Assembly (NCBI GenBank): GCA_002269645.1 | Contig: NIVC01001694.1 | Span: forward strand, 1-64,000 | Origin: Macrostomum lignano | Taxonomy: Eukaryota | Direction of reading: 5' to 3' | Length of the DNA: 64,000 bases | Part shown: positions 13,208-25,144 of the stretch, piece by piece | Position numbering within the stretch: the first letter of the stretch is position 1 | Layout of the letters: each line of letters starts with the position of its first letter | Notes under the pieces: generated by a model | The model's database searches: none | What the model was told of the DNA's origin: nothing | What the model saw: only the letters and a program-made list of their open reading frames with translations | Program-made: the position numbers and the translations under genes

Positions 13208-13610
13208 GACTGACTGACTGACTGACTGACTGACTGACTGACTGACTGACTGACTGACTGACTGACTGACTGACTGACTGACTGACTGACTGACTGACTG
13301 ACTGACTGACTGACTGACTGACTGACTGACTGACTGACTGACTGACTGACTGACTGACTTGAGTGAGTGGGTGACTGACTGACTGACTGACTGACTGACT
13401 GACTGACTGACTGACTGACTGACTGACTGACTGACTGACTGACTGACTGACTGACTGACTTGAGTGAGTGGGTGACTGACTGACTGACTGACTGACTGAC
13501 TGACGGACTGACTAACTGACTGACTGACTGACTGACTGACTGACTGACTGACTGACTGACTGACTGACTTGAGTGAGTGGGTGACTGACTGACTGACTGA
13601 CTGACTGACT

Positions 13611-13661
<51 letters not shown>

Positions 13662-14195
13662 TTGAGTGAGTGGGTGACTGACTGACTGACTGACTGACTG
13701 ACGGACTGACTAACTGACTGACTGACTGACGGACTGACTAACTGACTGACTGACTGACTGACTGACTGACTGACTGACTGACTGACTGACTGACTGACTG
13801 ACTGACTGACTGACTGACTGACTGACTGACTGACTGACTGACTGACTGACTGACTGACTGACTGACTGACTGACTGACTGACTGACTGACTGACTGACTG
13901 ACTGACTTGAGTGAGTGGGTGACTAACTGACTGACTGACTGACTTGAGTGAGTGGGTGACTGACTGACTGACGGACTGACTAACTGACTGACTGACTGAC
14001 TGACTGACTGACTGACTGACTGACTGACTGACTGACTGACTGACTGACTGACTGACGGACTGACTAACTGACTGACTGACTGACTGACTGACTTGAGTGA
14101 GTGGGTGACTGACTGACTGACTGACTGACTTGAGTGAGTGGGTGACTGACTGACTGACGGACTGACTAACTGACTGACTGATTGACTGACTGACT

Positions 14196-14246
<51 letters not shown>

Positions 14247-14900
14247 TTGAGTGAGTGGGTGACTGACTGACTGACTGACTGACTGACTGACGGACTGACT
14301 AACTGACTGACTGACTGACGGACTGACTAACTGACTGACTGACTGACTGACTGACTGACTGACTGACTGACTGACTGACTGACTGACTGACTGACTGACT
14401 GACTGACTGACTGACTGACTGACTGACTGACTGACTGACTGACTGACTGACTGACTGACTGACTGACTGACTGACTGACTGACTGACTGACTGACTTGAG
14501 TGAGTGGGTGACTAACTGACTGACTGACTGACTTGAGTGAGTGGGTGACTGACTGACTGACGGACTGACTAACTGACTGACTGACTGACTGACTGACTGA
14601 CTGACTGACTGACTGACTGACTGACTGACTGACTGACTGACTGACTGACTGACTGACTGACTGACGGACTGACTAACTGACTGACTGACTGACTGACTGA
14701 CTTGAGTGAGTGGGTGACTGACTGACTGACTGACTGACTTGAGTGAGTGGGTGACTGACTGACTGACGGACTGACTAACTGACTGACTGACTGACTGACT
14801 GACTGACTGACTGACTGACTGACTGACTGACTGACTGACTGACTGACTGACTGACTGACTGACTGACTGACTGACTGACTGACTGACTGACTGACTGACT
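13168..14900. repeat. (GACT)n microsatellite, ~1.7 kb, with recurrent TTGAGTGAGTGGGT and CGGACTGACTAACT cassettes
   Basis: Directly visible; source of the SQSV ORFs. Confidence 0.98.
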
Positions 14901-14948
14901 GAGCTGGATCCAGAGCCAATTAGAGACCAAGCAGCCCCTGCGTTCCAG

Positions 14949-17166
14949 TTTAGAGCCACTCGTCTGCTCCTCGGGGTGCTCGTGGGGCTAATTACCCCGG
15001 TTCTTCTGGTTTACATACTGCTGCACATCCGTGAGAGTTCGTCAGCCAAGTCGGTTCCTGCACAGCAGCCCAGCCTGTGCACCAGCGAGGCCTGCATCAG
15101 TGCAAGCGCACTGCTGCAGAGCCACGTGGACCTGTCCGCGGAACCGTGCCAAGACTTCTACAGCTTCGCCTGCGGCGGCTTCCAGTAGAGCCACCCCTTC
15201 ACCGCCGAGACAGTCAACTCAACAGTGAAGGAGGACAACTCAATTCAAGGAAATCTATTCGAAATTATGTACTTTAAAACCTTGCCAAAGCCTCGAAACG
15301 AAATTGAAGCAGAGATGTTCCAGACTCTGCGGTACATGTACGGGACCTGCGAGGACTAGCTCTGGCACATCTCCAGCCTACTGAAGTCGAAGAGAGACGA
15401 GTTCCTACCGATGGGCTGGAGACATAACAAGCATAATTTCAACATAACATCTCTGGCTGGGCCACTGCTGAGATACCTGGAGGATTTCTCAGGGACTGAA
15501 GACTTTGTGGCCAGACTGGCTGTGTCCGGCCTATCGGGCCTTCTGCAGCTGGCGGAGTACCGGGTGGGTACGGACGAGGGCCCGGCGAAGGGGCTGATAC
15601 TGGAGCCAATGCAGAAGCAAGAGACCATGAGCTTCAAATGGTACTACCTGTTCAGGCATTTGCAAAGTCCGCTGGAAAAGTTTAGCCAGCTAATTCATTT
15701 GAAGCTCACAGCTCCGATAAATTTGGCGCTTTCGACGGTGAGAGAAATCAACTACGCTGACGCCAAGTCGCGCCCATTTGGACCCGCGAGCGTTCGCCGG
15801 CTCCACAATTTATTCCAAGCAGACCCGCAGATCACTTTCAACTGGACTGAGTTCGTAGTCGCACTGGGAAGACAGTCGGGCAATCGAATTTCTCTGTCGA
15901 CGAACTTTTTTATTAGGAAAATGCTGCTTTTTGTAGACGTTATCGCAAAGCTGGATAGCGAGCTGAAGGCCAGAAAGGGACCTCTGTATGACTTTATAAG
16001 GCAGGAGGCCGCTCTCTCGGTTGTGAACTTCCTGCCAGACGAAGAATCGTTTCAAGCGCTAAAGAATTTGTTTGGAGAGCAGAAGTTCCTTGTAAATCAA
16101 TACGAGGGATGGCGAAACGTCTTCGTAGCTTCTATAGTCTGCATGCAGATGTCGCTGGAGACCATGCCCACAGTGGCATTCGAGATGTTCACCAGCGCCT
16201 TCGTGAACGACAGCTTCGACTCGGTGAAGAGTATGTTAGCGAGCCATGAAGCGTAGCGTGGACGAAGAGTCCTGGATTCGACTGCCGAGCAAAATGTCAA
16301 TCAATAGTAAACTGGACGCTCTACAGAGCACCGTGTCCTATACCCCCGCTTCAACATGTCCGAGTTCACGGAGGTCTACTCAAACTTGAGCAATCGAGTC
16401 CGGCATTGCGAGTCATTCGGCCAAATCATTCTGGTGTACAAGAGCGCCTTGGTAAAGAATCAACTCTGGTACTTGAGCACCAATCAGCCGAAGCGGAGAG
16501 CCAAGGAGATCTTCGAAGATGCAATGGCAGTAAACTCTGGGTACTCGGAGGTTGACAACGCAATCTTCATTTACCTGGGACTGCTGCGAACCCAAATCTA
16601 CTTGAAGGGCTCCCCCGACTACCTGCTGTACGGAGGCGTCGGCAGCGTCACCGGTTACGAGATCGGGCACGCCTTCGACTGGAACGGACGCCACTTTGAT
16701 GGCAGCGGACAAAAACTTTCCTCAACGATATTTGATGGCGACACGGAGGAGGAGTACCGCAGTCGGAGTCAGTGCCTCATCAAATCGTATGATCAGCTGA
16801 TCAGCTCAGAACTTGGTATACTCGGAAAGAAAGGCAACCAAACGGTCACTGAGAACTTTGCAGACATTGTGGGCGTCAATGCGGCATTCGTGCATACAGA
16901 GCGAGTGCAGCTCGATCGCTGAGGTCAGGGAAGTCGAGTGAGAAGGTGAGAAGCTGTCAGGTCTGACACATGAGCAGCTGTTCTTCATCCAGGATGCTCA
17001 GTTTCACTGCGCGAAGGCTGAGAAGAAGACTCAGCGTCAACAGTTCGGCTCGGACCCGCACACGCCTCCGAGGGCGATGCACTCGAATGGCTTCGCCAAG
17101 GTGTTCAGCTGCAAGCCGGGAGATGCCATGTACCTGAGCGATGACAGCAAGTGCCACTTCTGGTGA
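14949..17166 (+). pseudogene. M13/neprilysin-like copy C, pseudogene
   Basis: Motifs: TM anchor, LCTSEAC, EPCQDFYSFACGGF, ENFAD, terminal CHFW*. Lesions: in-frame TAG at 15186-88 and 15357-59, a frameshift pair at ~16243 and ~16345, further frameshifts after ~16890, and zinc motif YEIGH (TAC at 16656-58). Confidence 0.88.
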
Positions 17167-18050
17167 TCAGGAGACTGTGTAATGCTTTTTTATTTCGAGT
17201 TAAATTTGACAGTTCTCTAGTTGGTTTTATTCACCTTGATCAGTTTTTTTCTATATTGTACTAGTATTAAATCTGCGCATGATTCATTGCTTCTGTCAGT
17301 TCACCGCTAATTTATGTACTCAAATCGAAATTTTGTTGAGTTACTACATGTACATTAATAAAGCCTTTGATCAAGTTTGAAGAGTTTCGACCTACATGCA
17401 ATCTACTTTTGTATTATTGTAATATTTTGAAGCTTTACAATAATAACGGAAGATTACAGCACTGCTAGAAAGTAATTTTGAGTGACTGGAATATATTAAT
17501 GATTTTTTTCAGCTATGGCAGAGTATAAGCAATGGAATTGCCCTCACGATAACAAAAACAGAGACCACATCACCATAAGCAACGCGGGTAAACAGAGGAG
17601 CCTAAATGACAGCAAAGGTTAAAAATTTGTAAAGTCAGGCGCGAGTTGACTGACCAGGCTTGATAAATTTGAGGCTGGAGCAGCCAGGTAGGCAGACAGG
17701 AATTGAGACTCTCTGAACATGCAAACCTGACTACTGCTAACAACGATCTAAGTAAGTAGTATGACAGAAGAAACGAATTTTAAATGAAGGAACAGCTTTT
17801 AAAACAGAGAATGAAGAAATTCAAGCGAAAATAATATAGCACAAATAAGAAAGTGCTCAACTACCTGACGATTTGGATAATTAATCACTGATACAGTTTT
17901 AATACGGAATCAAATCGATTATTGGTGGAATTAACATGCCAGTTTGTGCTGTCTTCTGTTGTTAAATTTCGTTTTTAAAAAACCGTAGTTGTGAGTCATT
18001 AATAAAATTCGACAAGTGAAGTGAATTATGAACTGGGTTACCAAGGACCC

Positions 18051-19973
18051 TCAAATGCGGAAGCTGTCCCCTTTGCCGTCGATATGCCTCAGGCGCAGGT
18101 AGAAATCCGAGCCGACACCCTGCATGGTTTCGAAGGTGAGGCGGCCGCCAAGGTAGTGCGCGTAGGCGCGCGAGGTTGGCAATCCGAAGCCGAAGCCGTG
18201 CATCGGGCCCACCGAACGGGACTCGGAGACCCGGTCGAAGAACGACTCATTCTCGTCGCTGTGCTTGCCGGAAGTTGAGAAATGGTACTCAAATATGCTG
18301 GTCGCGATGTCGTGCGCAATGCCGCCGCCGCGATCGCTGAAGCTGCAAATTTTAATGTAATTAGCAAAAATAGACCGTTATACGCTATTTTTTCTACTCA
18401 TCGGTAACTTTAAGTAGGGTAGTGCGAACATTTCTAGCGCTTTTTGATTAATGTGTGAGAATGAACGCACACACGCAACCCAGCCAAGACTATTCAAAAC
18501 TGCTTCTTAAGTTATTCTAGAAAATTCTTCTACGAAATAATTTTAAATTCGAGAACAATGGAGAGTCTAGAAATGGCGCTAGAGAGTCTAGAAATGGCGC
18601 CAGATAGTCTAGAAATGGCGCCAGATAGTCTAGAAATGGCGCCAGATAGTCTAGAAATGGCGCCAGATAGTCTAGAAATGGCACCAGAGTCTAGAAATGG
18701 CGCCAGGGCCAGAGAAGCTAGAGTAGAAATGGCGCCAGAGAAGCTAAAAATGGCGCCAGAGAATCTAGAAATGGCGCCAGAAGAAATAGAAATGGCGCAA
18801 GGAAAGCTAAAAATGGCGCCAGAGAATCTAGAAATGGCGCCAGAAAAACTAAAAATGGTGTCAGAAAAACTAGAAATGGCGCCAGAGAAGCTAGAAATGG
18901 CGCCTAAGACGCAAATACAGTCGTACAGACTCACCGAATAATGAAATCGACATCATTGTTAGCCACTGTGATGGTGACCTCGGGCAGGGAGCCGACCTTG
19001 GCCCTGTTGTGCTCAACCGTGGCGCGGAACGCGTTCTTCAGCACCTCGGTAACGATGTACTCAACCGGCTGGATGATGTAGGAGAAGGCCGCCTTCCTGT
19101 TGCCGTTGATCTTCACCGCAGGCGCCAGGCCGTACTTCATCTGGCACAGCTTGGCCACGTGAGCGGCCCGGCTGTCGATGAGGTCGCCGGGCAGAACCGG
19201 GTGCACACGACGCCGACAAAGTCCGGACGCTCCTGGCGCAGAGCCAGATGGTGCTCGCACAGCAGGCGGATGCCCAGCCTCGATGTCAGGGTCTTGTCAA
19301 GAAACTGCCTGACCAGATGCGGATCCCGGATGTGCCGGCTGCACTCGCGGAAGCCCTCGGCTAGCATGGTGACAACGTCCTTGTGGTCGTCGAGCAGCTG
19401 ACGAACTACGCCGGAGTACTGCTCCTCCTCAGCCAAGTTGGTGACGGTGGGGTAGTCAGACAGGATGTGGAATGCCCGGATGTACAGCTCGTGCACGGAC
19501 AGGATGGTCGGATTGCAGCCGATGATGAAGGGCAGCGAGCGGAAGTCGTCGATCCGATGGGCGATGCGAACTGGCAGCTCCTTCTGCAGGTACTGAGCCG
19601 ACCGGAGCACGTAGTTCTCGTCGGTGGCGCGGCCGGAGTACAGCAGCGAGGCCGGGGTCAGACGGACCGAGTTCTTCTTCGCCGCGGCGTCGATAGCGGA
19701 CTGGTTGTAGTAGGAGGTCACGGATCTGGTGCGCTCCCGTTCCAAGCTACTGTTGCCGTTGCTTCCATTCCCGCTGTTGGCGGCTGTCCCAGCTGAAGAG
19801 TTGCGCGACGAATCAAGGAACTCGTTGCTGCGCAAGGCCAGGCGCGAATTCGATAGCTTAGACATCGATCGACAGCGAACTGGCGATGCCTGCTGCTGGC
19901 ATGGCACGGGCTTCGCCAGACACGCGGTCAATGCCGAGTGCATAGGCAGTATAGCTTGTGTACTTTTGCGCAT
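18051..19973 (-). CDS. BCKDK: branched-chain alpha-ketoacid dehydrogenase kinase (mitochondrial)
   Basis: Exon 1 is 19973-18935 and exon 2 is 18342-18051 (phase 2 matches). Motifs: [70 protein letters not shown]. One frameshift in a C run at ~19190. Confidence 0.93.
18560..18905. repeat. 21-bp minisatellite (AGTCTAGAAATGGCGCCAGAT) in BCKDK intron
   Basis: About 16 units; source of the LEMAPDS ORF. Confidence 0.95.
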
Positions 19974-20839
19974 TGTGCAGAATGCTCACTTTCTGTCGAG
20001 TAACAAGATGCTTCAATAGTTAACTTGCCTTCGTTTGTAACCGAGTTGTTGGAAGACTAGATCGAGGCTTCGGTTCCACAAGCGGGCTGCTTAATGGAGG
20101 CACAGCCTTTCATACTGGAGCGAAGGCCAAGGGGAGAAAAATCTAGGGAACGAAAGCTCTCTTGCAGTCCGGGTTTGTTGAATGTACGCACAGGGTAGGG
20201 CTTGGCCAAGGCCGAATGAGCGTAGAGCGGGTTGAAGGGTGTCCACCAAGGTCTTAAACTGATCTATTTTTAGCATACCGGCATTCCCGCGAGCATACAA
20301 ACTTAAAAACACTCACGCAGCGACCGCATGAATAGTTTAGCTCCACATTGTACAGCTCTTCATGTGGTCCCGCCTGTCCAAACCCACCCCGCACATCTGA
20401 GGACAAACCCTTTTCCAAGGCTTTTTAGGCGTGTTAGTCACGCTTCACGCGCGTGGGGACTCTCTAACAGTTAAACAAAACAGAGTCAGTTTTTTCTCTC
20501 TTCCGCTCCGCCACTTATTAGTGCAAAAAAACCGAATGAACTCTTGTTGCATAAAGCTAGGCGCCGGCCAGACCAAACCTGAATAGGCTAGTTTGGGATG
20601 ACCTTTACAGTACAGAAAAAAAGCTGTGCAACTTTTTCACGTGACCATAGCATTATTCTTTTCCGAATTTCCGTATAATAACTTTCAACACGAGAATTAA
20701 GATTGAAAACATCTCAAGGAACAGATGCAGAGTAGCTAATTCGAATTCCTAAGATGAAAAAAAATAATAAGTACGAGTAATAAAACCATTTTTTATTATT
20801 TTGAAATGGTTTTAAAATTATCCTCTTCCAACAATCAAA

Positions 20840-22120
20840 GATTTTAGCGCCAATTCAGCGCCGCAGTCTAGATTTTAGCGCCAATTCAGCTCTCTGCAGT
20901 CTAGATTTTAGCGCCAATTCAGCTCTCTGCAGTCTAGATTTTAGCGCCAATTCAGCGCCGCAGTCTAGATTTTAGCGCCAATTCAGCTCTCTGCAGTCTA
21001 GATTTTAGCGCCAATTCAGCTCAGGAGTCTAGATTTTAGCGCCAATTCCTCAGGAGTCTAGATTTTAGCGCCAATTCAGCTCCTCAGTCTAGATTTTAGC
21101 GCCAATTCAGCTCCACAGTCTAGATTTTAGCGCCAATTCAGCTCCACAGTCTAGATTTTAGCGCCACAGATTGGATTTTATCGCCAATTCAGCTCCTCAG
21201 TCTAGATTTTAGCGCCAATTCAGCTCCACAGACAAGATTTTAGCGCCACAGATTAGATTTTAGCGCTAATTCAGCTCCACAGTCTAGATTTTAGCGCCGC
21301 AGATTAGATTTTAGCGCCAATTCAGCCTCACAGTCTAGATTTTAGCGCCAATTCAGCTCCACAGTCTAGATTTTAGCGCCACAGATTAGATTTTAGCGCT
21401 AATTCAGCTCCGCAGTCTAGATTTTAGCTCCAATTCAGCTCCACAGTCTAGATTTTAGCGCCGCAGATTAGATTTTAGCGCCAATTCAGCCTCACAGTCT
21501 AGATTTTAGCGCCAATTCAGCTCAGGAGTCTAGATTTTAGCGCCAATTCAGCTCAGGAGTCTAGATTTTAGCGCCAATTCAGCTCAGGAGTCTAGATTTT
21601 AGCGCCAATTCCTCAGGAGTCTAGATTTTAGCGCCAATTCAGCTCAGGAGTCTAGATTTTAGCGCCAATTCAGCTCAGGAGTCTAGATTTTAGCGCCAAT
21701 TCCTCAGGAGTCTAGATTTTAGCGCCAATTCAGCTCAGGAGTCTAGATTTTAGCGCCAATTCAGCTCAGGAGTCTAGATTTTAGCGCCAATTCAGCTCAG
21801 GAGTCTAGATTTTAGCGCCAATTCCTCAGGAGTCTAGATTTTAGCGCCAATTCAGCTCAGGAGTCTAGATTTTAGCGCCAATTCCTCAGGAGTCTAGATT
21901 TTAGCGCCAATTCAGCTCCTCAGTCTAGATTTTAGCGCCAATTCAGCTCCTCAGTCTAGATTTTAGCGCCAATTTAGCTCCTCAGTCTAGATTTTAGCGC
22001 CAATTCAGCTCAGCAGTCTAGATTTTAGCGCCAATTCAGCTCCTCAGACTAGATTTTAGCGCCAATTCAGCTCCTCAGTCTAGATTTTAGCGCCAATTTA
22101 GCTCTGCAGTCTAGATTTTA
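20840..22120. repeat. ~30-34-bp minisatellite (AGTCTAGATTTTAGCGCCAATTCAGCTC...)
   Basis: About 40 units; the last unit is split by the mariner insertion. Confidence 0.96.
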
Positions 22121-23432
22121 CGAGGGGTGATCAAAAGTTCTGCAACCTTTTGTTATAGCTTTTAGTTATAGAATCGGCAAAAGCCAAAAACTTACGCATA
22201 TGCGGCTATATCTGTTTGCTATATTTATATGCATTTTTGGCTTTCAAATGTGCTCCAGTCAAGTTTCACAGCCATATATTTTCCATGTGTTTTCAGTAGC
22301 TGATGGAAACATCAAAAGACAGTGTTCGCTTCTATATCTTTATGTGCATGCAACTTGGTTGCAAAGTGACTGAGATTCACACCGATCTCGTGAATGTTTT
22401 AGCTGACTCTGCTCCATCATTTGACACGGTTGCCCGCTGGCTGCGCCATTTCTTGGAAGGCCGGGATAGCTTCAACGAGGAACCGAGGTCTGGCCGACCC
22501 CGGACATCCGTGACCGAAGATGTCGTGGCCCATGTCGATGCAATAATTCGTGAGGATTGGAGCATTACGCTGAGATTCATTGCCTATGAGCTTGGTGTCA
22601 GCTATGGAAGTGCTCATAACATCATGCATGAGCAACTGGGCCGCACAAAGACCTGCGCTCGTTGGGTACCCCATCTTCTCACTCCGGAGCAGCAAGCAGA
22701 GAGGGTGCGCATCTGTCTCTTGAGGCTGCAAATGTTTGAGCCCCACAGCCCACAACGACTGTCGGATGTCATCACAGGAGACGAATGTTGGATCCCCTCC
22801 TTTTACCATGAAGGATAAGCAGTCCAACATGGTCTGGTTGGCAGAAGATGAGCCAAGGCCTGAGGTGCTGAAGACCGGATTCCGCAGTCGGAAGCGGATG
22901 TTCACCATTTTTTAAACTCTCAGGGTGCTGTATTGGTGAACATCCTTCCAGCGGGTGCCACAGTGACTGCCAGGTACTACACAGACACTGTTCTGCCAGG
23001 CGTGCTGCAGGAGCGGCAGGAACGTGCGCGAACCAGGCATGGACCTCGACTCCTGCTGCACCATGACAATGCGGCACCGCACAGAACGGCCTCAACCATG
23101 GCGTACCTGGAGCAGCAGGGGGTCCGGCTGCTCCCCCATCCACCCTACTCTCTAGACCTAGCACCATGCGACTGTTGGCTGTTCCCGAGGATCAAATCCG
23201 TCATTTCTGGGAGGCCGTTTTCACGCATACAAGACCTTGCCCAGGCGGTACATTCAGCTATACAGGGTATACCAACTTCGGAGTACCATGACTGCTTTCA
23301 GACATGGTGCATTGCGATGGTGCACAGATAGTGGTGGAAAGTACTTTGAGAGACTGTGACACTGATTAGACGCCTCGACTGCTGTAACACTGAGTTGTGA
23401 GGTCACTTGCAGAACTTTTTGATCACCCCTCG
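22121..23432 (+). mobile_element. Tc1/mariner DD34D transposon
   Basis: TIRs CGAGGGGTGATCAAAA(A)GTTCTGCAA at 22121-22145 and 23407-23432, flanked by TA on both sides. Transposase 22303-~23360 has WVPHLL, TGDE, HHDNA and YSLDLAPCD, with 34 residues between the last two Asp. Frameshifts at ~22806, ~22910 and near the end. Confidence 0.96.
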
Positions 23433-24349
23433 TAGCGCCAATTCATTATTCAAAATTGCAGACAAAAAACTCAACATAAGCTATGACATTGAGAACAATT
23501 GAATAGCATATACGCTTAGTTTGTTCAACTTAAAGGACTTTTTAGGCGCTGAATGCACTAATTTTATTATATATTTAGAATTATATAGAATTATATGCAC
23601 GTAAAAGATTAACGACAACTTTCCAGCAAAGCGAACAAGCAGCAGTATAGTTAACGCTAAAGCGCTCGAGCTAAAAAGAAACATTAAGCTAGCAAAGATA
23701 AACACAGCTGATATACAGTGCGCATATGCACTATACCAGACACAATATTTATGGTGTCTCAAGTAACACAGCCGCATAGCAAACCAAATGAAACAACAAT
23801 AATGAAACAATAATTAGTGCTATAATAGCTGTCAAACAGAAGATAAAAGATGTACAAGGAGATGTGCAACAAAACAGTGATTGAAGATGAAGCAAAATAG
23901 ACAGGCATGCGTCTCTCACAGATATGATGATTCTGCATCGAAACAAGAAATGAAAGTTTATCAGAGACTAAAAAAGCAAATAGGCACTGCCGCTAATAAC
24001 ACTATTGATGATCTAACCAGAGACACATTGTTAACCATATTAGTAATAAGCAATAATAATAAAAGTGCACTACTAGAACTCAACGCGTCCTATATTTTGG
24101 CATCTAAGAATAGCGAAGGAAAAGAGAAAAAGTTAAATTTAAGAGAGCAGCAAGTGTAAGATTACCAACAGTGTGTCATGAGGATGGACTAGGCTAATCT
24201 AGAAGAGTCAATGGCTAACAATTAATCACTAACAGATTATACAAACTTTCTCGATAAACTTTATCAAGCAATCGATAATAACTCATTAATTATGCTAAAA
24301 TATAGTTTGCCTTTATGGGTCTACCAACTGTTATGTGTCTATCAACCCA

Positions 24350-25015
24350 AACCTGAACTCAAACCCAAAACTCAAACCCAATTACCGAAACCCAAACTCA
24401 AGCCCAATTAACTCAAACCCGAAGTCAAACTCAAACCCAAACCCAAACCCGAAGTCAAACTCAAACCCAAACCCAAACCCGAAGTCAAACTCAAACCCAA
24501 ACCCAAACCCGAAGTCAAACTCAAACCCAAACCCAAACCCGAAGTCAAACTCAAACCCAAACCCAAACCCGAAGTCAAACTCAAACCCAAACCCAAACCC
24601 GAAGTCAAACTCAAACCCAAACCCAAACCCGAAGTCAAACTCAAACCCAAACCCAAACCCGAAGTCAAACTCAAACCCAAACCCAAACCCGAAGTCAAAC
24701 TCAAACCCAAACCCAAACCCGAAGTCAAACTCAAACCCAAACCCAAACCCGAAGTCAAACTCAAACCCAAACCCAAACCCGAAGTCAAACTCAAACCCAA
24801 ACCCAAACCCGAAGTCAAACTCAAACCCAAACTCAAACCCAAACCCAAGCCCAATTAACTCAAACCCAAACTCAAACCCAAACCCAAGCCCAATTAACTC
24901 AAACCCAAACTCAAACCCAAACCCAAGCCCAATTAACTCAAACCCAAACCCAAACCCAAGCCCAATTAACTCAAACCCAAACCCAATCCCGAACTCAATC
25001 CCGAACCCAAACCCG
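24350..25015. repeat. 30-bp minisatellite (CCGAAGTCAAACTCAAACCCAAACCCAAAC) built from AAACCC-like hexamers
   Basis: About 14 perfect units at 24417-24830 with degenerate flanks. Confidence 0.97.
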
Positions 25016-25144
25016 AACGCTAGAGTTGAGAATAAAATAAAGTTGTTAAACCAGAGCATCGATTTCAGACAGTTGAAACTGAACAAATTTGCAAAATTTC
25101 TTGTTAAAATTCGAGAGATAAATTCAGATTCGATGGGTTTAATC

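Noticed and set aside
15186-16256. TAG stops in M13 copy C as read-through or an alternative genetic code
   Set aside because: The intact P450 ends in TAG, the copy also has frameshifts, and the third TAG results from a frameshift.
23881-24159. 92-aa AT-rich ORF
   Set aside because: No recognisable motif or splice context.
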